NCBI GenBank assembly: GCA_044450465.1 | Contig: JBIOJB010000001.1 | Location: 5,815-69,814 of the forward strand | Origin: Candidatus Dormibacterales bacterium | GTDB lineage: Bacteria; Chloroflexota; Dormibacteria; Dormibacterales; Dormibacteraceae | DNA length: 64,000 nucleotides | Reading direction: 5' to 3' | Part shown: positions 1 through 9,316 of the stretch, one piece after another | Numbering within the stretch: position 1 is the first letter of the stretch | How the letters are laid out: each line of letters starts with the position of its first letter | The notes under the pieces: model-generated | Told to the model about the DNA's origin: nothing | The model's input: only the letters and a program-made list of their open reading frames with translations | Database searches by the model: none | Made by a program: the position numbers and the translations under genes

Positions 1-978
1 CTGTCCTTCGCCCTCTCCGCGGCATCCCAGCTTGCCATTGCGTTCACGCCAAGCGTGGGCCCACTTTTCATCTGGCAGGTGGTTGGGGGCCTCGCCGGCG
101 GGGCGCAGCAGGCAGCCCTCTTCAGCGCGGTGACCGAATCAGTGCCCGGCGGACGTCTCGGGCGAGCCATGGGCTGGCTCACCTTCTCCATGCAGACCGG
201 CTTTTTCGTCGGACCGACCATCGCGGGCCTGGCCCTCCGGTGGATCGATGTGCGGACAGACATCGCGGTGACGACGGCGATCCTGGTCGTGACGATCCCG
301 GGCGTGATCGCGGCCAGCGGCACGCGCCAGAGCTCCGGCCACGGGTTCTCGCTCAGGGGACCCCTGCGGTCGCTTGTCACTCAACGCTCGTTCGTTCCCG
401 TGACGATCGGCCTGGTGGCTGCGACACTGACCTGGGGAACACTGGGCGCTTTCCTTCCGGTGTTCGCGAAAGAATCGCTCGGTCTTCCGAGCTCGCAGAT
501 CGGTTACCTGCTCGCGCTTCAGGCCGTCGCCAACGGCCTGTCTCGTCCGCCGAGCGGCCGGATGGTCGATCGCGCCCGCCACCGCTGGCCGATCGTCTTC
601 ACCGGCGTGATGGGCTGGTCCATCGCCTCGGTCGTGCTCGTGCACGTCTCTGGATTCGTCGGTCCGGCTGCCGTGCTGGTGCTCGGAACCCCGTTCATGG
701 CGGCCGCCTTTGTCGCGATGGGCGTGGTCTTCGGAGACCTTTCAGCCGCGTCGACGCGCGGCGTGACGATGGGGATGTGCGGAACGATCCTTTTCCTGGG
801 ACTCTCCGCCGGACCGCTGATCTTCGGGCCGGTGGTGCAGAGCTCCGGCTACGCAGCCGGCTTCACGGCGTGCGCCGTGACCGCGGCTTTCCTTGCGGTC
901 GTGATGGCGGCGTTCCACGCGGAGCCATTAAGGCGCCGCGGCGCGGTGCCCCTGCCGCCTGCTGCGCCAGGAACTTGA
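1..978 (+). CDS. MFS transporter, C-terminal part (5' end outside window)
   Basis: Frame 1 is open from base 1 to the stop at 976-978. The translation is a series of hydrophobic helices with MFS-like loops. The ORF track entry 55..978 starts at an internal GTG. Confidence 0.7.
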   Translation: MSFALSAASQLAIAFTPSVGPLFIWQVVGGLAGGAQQAALFSAVTESVPGGRLGRAMGWLTFSMQTGFFVGPTIAGLALRWIDVRTDIAVTTAILVVTIPGVIAASGTRQSSGHGFSLRGPLRSLVTQRSFVPVTIGLVAATLTWGTLGAFLPVFAKESLGLPSSQIGYLLALQAVANGLSRPPSGRMVDRARHRWPIVFTGVMGWSIASVVLVHVSGFVGPAAVLVLGTPFMAAAFVAMGVVFGDLSAASTRGVTMGMCGTILFLGLSAGPLIFGPVVQSSGYAAGFTACAVTAAFLAVVMAAFHAEPLRRRGAVPLPPAAPGT

Positions 979-1456
979 CGTATTCGTCCAGCACTGCGTG
1001 GTGGCTGGGGAAAGCAAGGGCGGGCAGAGCATCGACTGGAAAAACTCCGACTTCGAGCATTTCGTCTCCGGCCTGCGGCGAGGACCCGGCCGCGAGGCGG
1101 CCTCGATACGCGATTCCGACCATGCTCGACGCGTCGGTCTTTGCGATGTGGAAGACACCCAGCAGAGCGGTCAGCTCGACCTCGGCTCGAATCTCCTCCA
1201 GGCATTCGCGGACGGCGGCGGCTGCGGGATCCTCATCTGCGTTGACGAAACCCCCGGGAAGACACCAAAGGCCGTAGCCGGGCTCGATGGCCCGCCGGCC
1301 GAGTACGACTCCCTCACCGCTTTCGACGACGACCGCCGTCGCGACCTTCGGGTCGTGCCACAGAATGAAGCTGTCACGAGGGCAGCCTTCCACCTCGCGC
1401 CCGTCCACCATCCTCGGCACGAGCTCGGTTCCGCAATTGACGCAGAAATGAGCCAC
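863..1456 (-). CDS. NUDIX hydrolase with N-terminal zinc ribbon
   Basis: Nudix box GGFVNADEDPAAAAVRECLEEIRAE. N-terminal MAHFCVNCG CxxC motif. The 3' end overlaps the convergent MFS gene by 116 nt. Confidence 0.8.
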   Translation of the reverse strand: MAHFCVNCGTELVPRMVDGREVEGCPRDSFILWHDPKVATAVVVESGEGVVLGRRAIEPGYGLWCLPGGFVNADEDPAAAAVRECLEEIRAEVELTALLGVFHIAKTDASSMVGIAYRGRLAAGSSPQAGDEMLEVGVFPVDALPALAFPSHHAVLDEYVKFLAQQAAGAPRRGALMAPRGTPPSRPQGKPRSRRTP

Positions 1457-1477
1457 CAGCTACCGTCCGCACGAACT

Positions 1478-2611
1478 CTACGCAGGCTTCCGCTCCGACA
1501 CAGGCTTCAGCTCGGCGATCCGGACCTGGTTCCGGCCGCTCTGCTTGGCGGAGTAAAGCGCCTGGTCGGCCTTCTCGAGCAGGGTGGTGAACATGTCCGG
1601 GTCGTTGGTTGCCGCGACGCCGATGCTGATCGTGAACCTCACGCCGCCCGCAAAGGTGGTCTCCTCAACCCTGGAGCGAATGCGCTCGGCCAGCGCTTGG
1701 GCGCCGGCGACCTCGGTCTCGTGCATGACGATCGCGAACTCTTCCCCACCGTACCTTGCGCAAACGTCGGATTCCCTGACCTCGGCGTTGAATACGGCGG
1801 CCAGCTCGGCGAGCACGGCGTCTCCGTTCAGGTGGCCGAACGTGTCGTTGACCCACTTGAACCGGTCGAGGTCGAGCATCAGGAAGGCGATCCACTCGTG
1901 ATGACGGCGTGCACGCTGCATCGTCTGCAGGAATCTCTGGGCCAGCGCGCGTCGGTTCGGCAGCCTGGTCAGCTCGTCGGTCAGCGCGTTGTCCTCGTGG
2001 GCCTTGAACAGCTGGGCGTGGCTAATGGCGATGGCCGTTTGAGACGCGACACCGTTGAGCAGATCCTTCTGGTCATCGGTCAGCTCGCGCCACGCGCTCA
2101 AGTAGAGCTCCATAGCTCCCACGAGATGGGCGGAGTGATGGATCGGAACCACGAGCGCATAGGGCGGGTGGCTGCCGTCCTCCAGAGCGGGCGACGACTT
2201 CGAGTCGAGCCTCACCACAAGAGGACGCATCGCGACGACCGCGGATCGCACCGGGTCCTCGTCCAGTGGTCGGGTGGATCCGCGCGCACGCTCCTTGATC
2301 TTGTACCAGGCCTCTCGGTGCATATCGACCGCGCCCGGCTTCACGAGGTACATGGCGCCGGCCACCGCGCCCATGATCTCGCCGGCCTGGGTGAGGGCCA
2401 CGTCGAGGACCTCGGTCAGGGCGAGCTTGGAGTTGACCGCCAGCGCCATCTGCAGCAACAGGCCTTCACGCGCCCTGGCGCCGCTTTCTTCCTCCAGTGC
2501 TGCCGACAGCTCTCGCGCGGTACCGCGAAGGCGCATCAGAGCAAAGGTGAGGAGCAGCAACGCCACCACGACCAGGGCGGATGTGATCAGCAGTACGGCG
2601 TACGGGTCCAA
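1478..2611 (-). CDS. Diguanylate cyclase (TM helix, GAF-like sensor, GGDEF domain)
   Basis: N-terminal hydrophobic helix. C-terminal GGDEF domain with GGEEF active site and an RESD I-site five residues upstream (RESDVCARYGGEEF). Confidence 0.85.
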   Translation of the reverse strand: MDPYAVLLITSALVVVALLLLTFALMRLRGTARELSAALEEESGARAREGLLLQMALAVNSKLALTEVLDVALTQAGEIMGAVAGAMYLVKPGAVDMHREAWYKIKERARGSTRPLDEDPVRSAVVAMRPLVVRLDSKSSPALEDGSHPPYALVVPIHHSAHLVGAMELYLSAWRELTDDQKDLLNGVASQTAIAISHAQLFKAHEDNALTDELTRLPNRRALAQRFLQTMQRARRHHEWIAFLMLDLDRFKWVNDTFGHLNGDAVLAELAAVFNAEVRESDVCARYGGEEFAIVMHETEVAGAQALAERIRSRVEETTFAGGVRFTISIGVAATNDPDMFTTLLEKADQALYSAKQSGRNQVRIAELKPVSERKPA

Positions 2612-2700
2612 TGACCACCCTCCTGAGTCCCGGGAGTCTAAGCAAAGGTTAGACGCGTAAAGGTCCGATGAGCCCCTCTTAACCTCGCCTTAAGTCGGAA

Positions 2701-3450
2701 TTGGCCCTCGGAAGCTATACTCGGGCCGATCTGGAGCCGCTTTCTTACGACGACCTCCCTCTAGGCGGCGAGTGGAAGACCCGCCGCCGCACCGTCTCTG
2801 AGTCGGATATCGCCCTGTTTGCCGGCGTTGCGGGCGACTTCTCACCACTGACGATTGAAACCAGTCACGGCTCGCCCAAGTCGGCGCCGCCCGCGCTGCT
2901 CCTGGCCATGGCGATCGGGCTTGGGACGATGGACATGCCCGTGCCCTGGGTTGCGGAGTGGGAGTGGTTCAACTGGAGGTTCCCGCGCGCCGTCCACGCC
3001 GGAGACACCATCTACGCGCGCTGGACTTTGACTCAGAAGCGCCCGCCCGCCCGGGATGCGTCCAGCTCGATCGTGGTGTGGCGCGTCGACGTCCACACGG
3101 CTGACGGCGCCTTGTGCGCGGAGGGGGAGGTCGGCGCCAAGGTGCGGCGCAAGACGGCCGCCGCCAGACCGCACTCTGCCGAGGCGACGGCCGGCGCCAC
3201 AACAGCGTCCGGCGCCCCACGACGGCGACGGCGACGGCGCGCCGGCTCCAACGGACAGGGCACCGAGAGCGCTCCCGCAGTCGCAGTCGGCGCCGCCCCC
3301 GCCAAGCCGGTCAAGGCGGCGGCTCAAGGCACGGCCGCACCCAAACGCCGCCGCCGGCGCCGAGCTCCCGCGGCGAGCGGCGACCGAGCGGCCGACACCG
3401 CGACTGTCACGCAGCCACCGGCCACCCCGGCGATGGACGGCGGCGCCTAG
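2701..3450 (+). CDS. MaoC/hot-dog fold protein with low-complexity Ala/Arg-rich C-terminal tail
   Basis: TTG start. The N-terminal ~150 aa resemble MaoC dehydratase (SESDIALFAGVAGDFSPL), but the hydratase D-x-N-P-x-H motif is degenerate (DFSPLT). The last ~100 aa are Ala/Pro/Arg-rich with two RRRRRR runs. Confidence 0.65.
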   Translation: MALGSYTRADLEPLSYDDLPLGGEWKTRRRTVSESDIALFAGVAGDFSPLTIETSHGSPKSAPPALLLAMAIGLGTMDMPVPWVAEWEWFNWRFPRAVHAGDTIYARWTLTQKRPPARDASSSIVVWRVDVHTADGALCAEGEVGAKVRRKTAAARPHSAEATAGATTASGAPRRRRRRRAGSNGQGTESAPAVAVGAAPAKPVKAAAQGTAAPKRRRRRRAPAASGDRAADTATVTQPPATPAMDGGA

Positions 3451-3469
3451 ACGATCCGTAGCCGAAGGG

Positions 3470-4339
3470 CTAGACGGGGACCTCCAGAGCCTCCAGGTAT
3501 TCGACCACCCTGCGCGTCAGCTGCGTTGGCGTGGACGCACCGCTCGTGACACCGACTCGCCTCGCCCCCACGAACCACGAGAGATCGATGTCCTCGAGAT
3601 TGTCGACGAGGTATGCGGGCTTGTGGCCGAGGTTCTTCACCACCTCGACGAGCCGCAGCGAGTTGGACGAGCGCGGGCTCCCGACCACTATCACCAGGTC
3701 GACCTGCGACGCGGCCTCGACCGCGGCCTCCTGCCTCTCCTGAGTGGCGCGGCAGATCTCGTTGTGCACCTCGGCTCGCGGATACCGAGCTTTGACGCGG
3801 CCGATGAGGTCCTCGGTGTCCCAGACCGAGAGCGTCGTCTGACAGGTCACCGCGATGCGGTCGCCGGTCAGATCGAGCGCCTCGATGTCCTCGGGATCCT
3901 GGACGAGGTGTACCTTGCCGGGCGCCTCGCCGATCACGCCCTCGGGTTCGGGATGACCCTTGCGCCCGATGTAAACGACGTCGTAGCCCTTGCGCGCCAG
4001 GTCGGCCACGAGGTCATGCGTGCGGACGACGTCCGAGCACGTCGCGTCAACCGGCCGCAGGCCAAGCTCGACGGCCCGGCGCTTCACCTCTGGTGACACG
4101 CCGTGCGCGGTAAAGATCACGGTGCCCTCTTTGATGAGCTCGAGGCCGGCCAGCCTGTCGGGCTGATCCACGAGTGCTATGCCCTGCTGCTGCAGGTCGT
4201 CGGTCGCGTGGGTGTTGTGCACCAGCATCCCGAGCATGTGCACTGGCCCGGCCGTCTCTTCGCGCACTCGCTTGGCGATGCGGAACGCGTCGACCACCCC
4301 GTGGCAGTAGCCGCGCGGCGTGATCTTGAGGACCTCCAT
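3470..4339 (-). CDS. ispH: 4-hydroxy-3-methylbut-2-enyl diphosphate reductase
   Basis: N-terminus MEVLKITPRGYCHGVVDAFRIA and length (289 aa) are typical of IspH/LytB. High third-position GC. Confidence 0.9.
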   Translation of the reverse strand: MEVLKITPRGYCHGVVDAFRIAKRVREETAGPVHMLGMLVHNTHATDDLQQQGIALVDQPDRLAGLELIKEGTVIFTAHGVSPEVKRRAVELGLRPVDATCSDVVRTHDLVADLARKGYDVVYIGRKGHPEPEGVIGEAPGKVHLVQDPEDIEALDLTGDRIAVTCQTTLSVWDTEDLIGRVKARYPRAEVHNEICRATQERQEAAVEAASQVDLVIVVGSPRSSNSLRLVEVVKNLGHKPAYLVDNLEDIDLSWFVGARRVGVTSGASTPTQLTRRVVEYLEALEVPV

Positions 4340-4379
4340 CTCAGTTCGAGTTTACGTGAGACTCTGGTCCGGTCCTGCT

Positions 4380-5183
4380 CTAGCTGATCCCCGCGAATAC
4401 GTCCGTCTCGGGCAGCTCGGACCCAGGCTTACCCCGTGCGAGCTGGAAGTACTCGGTGCCGAAGGCCAGCCGGTAGATCTGGTCCGCCATGGTGGCGAAC
4501 CATGAGTTGGGATCGTTCTGGGAAACGTGCGCGGCAAACGCTGCACGCTTGCGATCGACGTAGTCGCTCGCGTCCACCCGAGTGGTGACCAGCTCGTCTG
4601 GAGTGCCGGCAATCCGCATGTTCTCGTTCTGCCGCTGAGCCTCCTCGGGCATCTGCTGCATGAACGCCTCCATCATCGATCGGGGGATCGCCGTGTAGTA
4701 GAGCTTGCGTACGGGCGATCCCTCGGCCGCGACAAGGTCGAGCGCGGCGTTGGTGACGTGGTGGGCCTTGATGTGGTCTGGATGCCCGTAGACGCCATCC
4801 TCGGCATAGGTGATGACGACGTCCGGCCGCTCCTCGCGGATGACGGCCGCCACCTTCTCGGCCGCCTCGGCCCGCGCCGCTTGATGAAACGATTTCGGGT
4901 CGGCGTTGTCGGCGGTACCGACCATCCCTGAGTCGCGGTAGCCCAGGACCACCATTCGGTCCACGCCCAAAATCGCGGCCGCGGTTTCGAGCTCCTTCGT
5001 CCGGATCTCGCCCAGCCGGGGCCGTGCGGCCGCCTCGTCCATGTTGTAGATCTCGCCCACCTCACCCCTTGTGGCGGTCACGAGCACCACGCGGTGGCCG
5101 TCCGCCTTCGCCTTCATCATCACCCCGCCCGATGAGATGGCTTCGTCGTCGGGGTGCGCGTGGACAAGCAGAAGGGTCCCCAT
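4380..5183 (-). CDS. PIG-L family deacetylase (MshB/Mca-like)
   Basis: LLVHAHPDDEAISSGG zinc-binding motif and a later HPDH motif are typical of LmbE/PIG-L deacetylases. Confidence 0.8.
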   Translation of the reverse strand: MGTLLLVHAHPDDEAISSGGVMMKAKADGHRVVLVTATRGEVGEIYNMDEAAARPRLGEIRTKELETAAAILGVDRMVVLGYRDSGMVGTADNADPKSFHQAARAEAAEKVAAVIREERPDVVITYAEDGVYGHPDHIKAHHVTNAALDLVAAEGSPVRKLYYTAIPRSMMEAFMQQMPEEAQRQNENMRIAGTPDELVTTRVDASDYVDRKRAAFAAHVSQNDPNSWFATMADQIYRLAFGTEYFQLARGKPGSELPETDVFAGIS

Positions 5184-5186
5184 CGA

Positions 5187-5870
5187 TCAGACCTGTAACG
5201 CGTCCGCGAGTTGCTTAATTCCGCCGTGGCCGGGTCCAGGAATGGTGCGGTCCGCGGCTGCGACCACCTCCGACGGCGCGCCTTCGATGGCCACCCCCAA
5301 ACCGGCCCAGGCGATCATCGAGACGTCGTTGCGACCATCGCCGACGGCGACAGTCTCTTCGGGGGTCAGGCCCAACTGGTCGCAGACAAAAGCCAGCGCG
5401 GCCGCCTTGTCGGAGCCTGCGTTCGTGAACTCGAGATAGGTCGGCACGGACGTGGCCACGTTCAACCTACCCTTCCAGCGCACGCGAGCTTCCGGCAGGA
5501 TCCGCTCCAGAGTCGCGGCGGTCGACACGATGACGAGCTTGGGCGTCGTCGGGCCTATCGCCGCGTCCAGGTCGCCGACGACGTGGATCTCCATGCCGGC
5601 GTGATTCGCATACTCGTGCGCCTCGGGTCGGTCGCGCTCGACGATCAGCTGGTCGTCGCGATAGGCCTGGACGTGAAGGCCCCGCTCGCGCGCATATTCG
5701 ATCACCTCGACGGCCAGGGCGTGCGGCACCCCGTGGTCGAGCAGCACTCCGCCGTCCGGCGATCTGACCTCAGCCCCCTGGTAGCAGACGATCGGCCCGT
5801 CAAGCGACAGGCGCCCGAGCCAGGGGAGCGCGCCCGGAAACGGCCGCCCCGTGCAGACGACCACCTTCAC
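5187..5870 (-). CDS. Cof-type HAD-IIB phosphatase (true start probably upstream of 5870)
   Basis: HAD motifs are present (VVCTGRP, GDGRNDVSM). The catalytic DxD motif (RYKLLALDLDGT) is encoded in the same open frame at about 5943-5975. That lies upstream of the first canonical start used by the ORF track. Confidence 0.75.
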   Translation of the reverse strand: MKVVVCTGRPFPGALPWLGRLSLDGPIVCYQGAEVRSPDGGVLLDHGVPHALAVEVIEYARERGLHVQAYRDDQLIVERDRPEAHEYANHAGMEIHVVGDLDAAIGPTTPKLVIVSTAATLERILPEARVRWKGRLNVATSVPTYLEFTNAGSDKAAALAFVCDQLGLTPEETVAVGDGRNDVSMIAWAGLGVAIEGAPSEVVAAADRTIPGPGHGGIKQLADALQV

Positions 5871-5992
5871 GCCCGCCTTGCGAATCCGGGTCAGCGCCGC
5901 GACGTCGCTGGGATCGAGGTTCAGCTTGAGGTCGAGAATCGTCCCGTCGAGGTCCAGCGCCAGGAGCTTGTAGCGACCGGCCCGGGCAGGCC

Positions 5993-6979
5993 CTATCGCG
6001 AGAACACCCCCGGGTTCACCAGATTGGGCGGACGCCCGCCGCGCACCGCCGTCGCCATGTTCCGAGCCGCCATCGCCGACATCTCCGAGCGGGTGCGCAC
6101 AGTGGCGCTCGCGATGTGAGGCGCGAGAACGACGTTCGGCAGCTGGATCAGTCCAGGGTGCACCGCCGGCTCGCGCTCGAAGACATCGAGCCCGGCACCA
6201 GCGATCTTGCGAGCATTAAGAGCTTCGACCAGAGCAGCCTCGTCGATGACCGGTCCGCGAGACGTGTTGACGAGGATCGCAGACCGGCGCATCTGCTCGA
6301 ACTGCGGGGTGCTGAGCAGGTGATGCGTCTCGGGGAGAAGAGGCACGTGGACCGAGACGAAATCGGACTCAGAAAGCAGCCGGCCCAGTTCGACGCGCGT
6401 CGCCCCAAGCGAGATCTCGTCCTCGCGCGAAAGGGGGTTCGGATCGTAGTAGAGGACTCGCATGTTGAAGCCCTTGGCGCGATGCGCGAGGCCGCGGCCG
6501 ATCCGGCCGATGCCGATGATGCCGAGCGTGGCTCCGAATACGTCGGTGCCAAGCATCATGTCGATGGCCCAGCCACGAAATCGGCCCGCGCGGAGGTAGT
6601 GGTCGCCCTCGACGACTCGCCGCGCAGTCGTCATGAGCAGTGTGAACGCGAAGTCAGCCGTGGAATCGTCGAGCACTCCCGGCGTGTTTGTGACCATCAC
6701 GTTGTAGGCATTGGCAGCCGGGATGTCGATGTTGTCGAAACCGACGGCCACGTTGCTCACAATCTTCAACCCCGGCGTCGAAAGGACCAGCTCGCGAATG
6801 GGGTCCATGAGCTGGCTCACGACCCCGACACAGCCCTCGACCGCTTGCCGGATGCTCTCTTCGTCAAGAGGCCGGTCGGCGGGGTAGGTATAGACCTCGG
6901 CGGCCTCGCCAAGGATGGCGGGACCAGGGTCGAGGATGGGGTGCATCAGGAGGACCCGGGGTCGCGCGGCAGTGCTCAT
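5993..6979 (-). CDS. D-2-hydroxyacid dehydrogenase / glyoxylate-hydroxypyruvate reductase family
   Basis: NAD-binding GIIGIGRIGRGLA motif and overall D-isomer-specific 2-hydroxyacid dehydrogenase layout. ATGA overlap with the upstream HD gene stop. Confidence 0.85.
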   Translation of the reverse strand: MSTAARPRVLLMHPILDPGPAILGEAAEVYTYPADRPLDEESIRQAVEGCVGVVSQLMDPIRELVLSTPGLKIVSNVAVGFDNIDIPAANAYNVMVTNTPGVLDDSTADFAFTLLMTTARRVVEGDHYLRAGRFRGWAIDMMLGTDVFGATLGIIGIGRIGRGLAHRAKGFNMRVLYYDPNPLSREDEISLGATRVELGRLLSESDFVSVHVPLLPETHHLLSTPQFEQMRRSAILVNTSRGPVIDEAALVEALNARKIAGAGLDVFEREPAVHPGLIQLPNVVLAPHIASATVRTRSEMSAMAARNMATAVRGGRPPNLVNPGVFSR

Positions 6980-7542
6980 GGATTCAACCCCAGCTCTTGC
7001 GCAATCGGCTTCAGGGCGTCACGCACGAACTCGACGTGCTCGTCGAAGGGAACACCGAGATTCTCGGCGCCGGACACCAGCTCCTCGCGGTGCACACCCC
7101 TGGCAAAGGCTTTGTCCTTCATCTTCTTGCGCACCCCCGCCGCCTCCACGGATCCAAGCGACTTGTCGGGCTTGACCAGCGTGCAGGCGATGATGAAACC
7201 GCACATCTCGTCCACCGCGTAGAGCGTTTTTCGCGCCGGGCTGTCGCGCGGCACGTTGAGGAAGTCGGCATGCGACGCGATGTCGTCGAGCAGGTCCTCT
7301 GGCCAGCCCCGCTCCCGGAGCATCTGGATTCCCCGCATCGGATGCAGGTCCAGCGTGGGCCCCGATTCGTAGTCCCAATCGTGGATGAGCCCGAGCACGC
7401 CCCAGCGCTCCTCATCCTCTCCAAATTTACGGGCGTACGCACGCATGGCCGCCTCGACGCTTCGCATGTGCCTGCGCAGCTGCTCGGTTTGCGTGGTCGA
7501 AATGACGAGCTGCCACGCTTCCTCGCGGGTCGGGGTGGTCAT
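6976..7542 (-). CDS. HD-domain metal-dependent phosphohydrolase
   Basis: HD motif in LGLIHDWDYE. I prefer ATG at 7542 (MTTPTREEAW) over the ORF-track start at 7623. Confidence 0.7.
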   Translation of the reverse strand: MTTPTREEAWQLVISTTQTEQLRRHMRSVEAAMRAYARKFGEDEERWGVLGLIHDWDYESGPTLDLHPMRGIQMLRERGWPEDLLDDIASHADFLNVPRDSPARKTLYAVDEMCGFIIACTLVKPDKSLGSVEAAGVRKKMKDKAFARGVHREELVSGAENLGVPFDEHVEFVRDALKPIAQELGLNP

Positions 7543-7652
7543 GCCGGCGCGCTTACCTCCAATCGCTCCTTCGGTACGAAGGGCTGCCACCCTCCACTTC
7601 AGAGGTCGCCCTCGTAGGGTCACGATCGTAACGGCGCGGGCGGTTGCTTTGC

Positions 7653-8636
7653 TCAGAGTCGGGGGGCAGCGGGCTCTTCGACCGCGCGGCCCAGGCGGCG
7701 CGCCTGGAGCAAGAACGTTTCCAGCGCCAGTCGAGGGCTGACGTTCTGCTCGAGGTAGCCGAGCGTGTCATAGGAACGCTCTATCAGCCGGGCCCATCGC
7801 GCCTGTTCGGCGCCGTTTGTGGAGAGCATCCGGCGCCTCAGCTCCAGCTGCCAGCTGGCGATGGCGAAAAGCGCGGGATCCTCGTCATCGCCTTCAGCCC
7901 GGCGCCAGCTCATCTGCTCCGAATCGAGCTGCGCTGCGACTCGAAGCGCCACGTCTGCGGGGGCTCCAAACACCTCCTCGAGCCGGCGAGTCCAGGTGTG
8001 GTGCAGCTCGACGACACCGTCATCGCCGGCGCGCCGCATCGCCCAACCGGGCCGTCCTCCCGCAAGGCCGGACAAAAGACGCGCCCTCTCCGTCGCGATC
8101 CCGCGCTCGGCGAGCAGGCGCTCGATGTCCAGAGCCGGGACAGGGTGGAAGAAGAGGCGCCGGCAGCGTGAAACCACGGTGGGCAGCACCACGAACGGGT
8201 TGAGGCTTGGCGAAGTCAGGATGATCACGCGCTGCGGGTGCGGCTCCTCGAGGGTCTTGAGCAGCACTCCCTGGTCCTGATCGCGCAGCCGGCCGACGTT
8301 CGTCACCAGGGCGACGCGGCGTGAGGCCACGGCCGGCTTGAGGTTGAGGAAGGCCTGGAGCGACAGCTCGTGGAACTCGGGGGGCTTGTCGGGCAGCAAG
8401 CGGATCTCGTTGATCGACAGCGGTTTGATCCGGTCGTCCTCCCAGTAGTCGGGATGCCTCGTCAACGAGGCCTCGGGGAGCAGCGCAGCGGCCATGGCCC
8501 GGCCGGCCGTCGATTTACCGAGACCGCTTTCGCCTACGAACAGGTAGGCATGAGCGAGACGGTCACTGCTGATCTGGGATCGAAGCTGGTCGAGGGCCTG
8601 CGCGTGCCCGACGATGCCGGCGAAAGGGTCAGACAT
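7653..8636 (-). CDS. holB: DNA polymerase III delta-prime subunit
   Basis: N-terminus GHAQALDQLRSQISSDRLAHAYLFVGESGLGKST is the typical HolB AAA+ Walker-A-like region. 327 aa. Confidence 0.85.
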   Translation of the reverse strand: MSDPFAGIVGHAQALDQLRSQISSDRLAHAYLFVGESGLGKSTAGRAMAAALLPEASLTRHPDYWEDDRIKPLSINEIRLLPDKPPEFHELSLQAFLNLKPAVASRRVALVTNVGRLRDQDQGVLLKTLEEPHPQRVIILTSPSLNPFVVLPTVVSRCRRLFFHPVPALDIERLLAERGIATERARLLSGLAGGRPGWAMRRAGDDGVVELHHTWTRRLEEVFGAPADVALRVAAQLDSEQMSWRRAEGDDEDPALFAIASWQLELRRRMLSTNGAEQARWARLIERSYDTLGYLEQNVSPRLALETFLLQARRLGRAVEEPAAPRL

Positions 8637-8644
8637 AGGGCGAA

Positions 8645-9316
8645 TCAGGGGATCTGCGGAGGGGCCGCCGGCTGTGCCCTTGTCTCGCGCTCACGGGCGA
8701 TGCGCTGGGCTCGGCCCTGCAGCCAGACCTCACGGATGCGCTGGAGGGCGGTCACGTTTGTCACGAGGGCAAGCAGGAACACGATGGCGTACAGCCACGC
8801 GCCGCCGAAGATCAGCCCGACCACGATCGCGACCACCCGCTCGGGTCGGGCGAATAATCCCGACTCGCACGTGAAGCCGAGGCTCTGCGCCCGGGCGCGG
8901 ACGTAGCTGACCAGGAACGAACCGGCGAGTGCGGCCAGCGTGGCGAGCACGAGCCAGCGCTGCATCGAGCCGCCCACCGAGACGAAATAGGTCGCGAGCC
9001 CCAGGTAGATGGCGCCTTCCGAATACCGGTCGAGCGTCGAGTCCAGAAACGCGCCGTACGGGTAGCTCGCGTGGGTTGTGCGGGCGAGGGCGCCGTCCAG
9101 GATGTCGCAGGTGCCGGCGACGACAAGCACCACGCCCGCGGTGAGCAGATGGCCGAATGCGATCAGGCCCGCCGCCAGGAACGTCAGCAGCAGACCGACC
9201 ACCGAAACCTGATTGGGCGTGAGCGGCACGCGCCCGATCGTCGACATCAAGCCTTCGGCGCGTCGCCGGACCCAGGCTTCAAACCGCGTTGTGAACATTT
9301 CGAACCCCTCTTGCAT
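8645..9316 (-). CDS. CDP-alcohol phosphatidyltransferase (phosphatidylinositol-phosphate synthase-like)
   Basis: Perfect DG(x2)AR(x8)G(x3)D(x3)D motif in DILDGALARTTHASYPYGAFLDSTLD. Multi-TM protein. It sits next to pimA, acyltransferases and ino1. Confidence 0.85.
   Translation of the reverse strand: MQEGFEMFTTRFEAWVRRRAEGLMSTIGRVPLTPNQVSVVGLLLTFLAAGLIAFGHLLTAGVVLVVAGTCDILDGALARTTHASYPYGAFLDSTLDRYSEGAIYLGLATYFVSVGGSMQRWLVLATLAALAGSFLVSYVRARAQSLGFTCESGLFARPERVVAIVVGLIFGGAWLYAIVFLLALVTNVTALQRIREVWLQGRAQRIARERETRAQPAAPPQIP

Noticed and set aside
998-2614. 538-aa plus-strand ORF (and similar long ORFs such as 240..1277, 9213..10358, 25698..26660, 44500..45909, 46465..47487, 55728..56945, 57204..58268).
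   Set aside because: These are antisense or out-of-frame shadows of well-supported genes in a high-GC genome. Their translations are Arg/Gly/Ala/Pro-rich with no motifs, and the recognised genes fully occupy the space.
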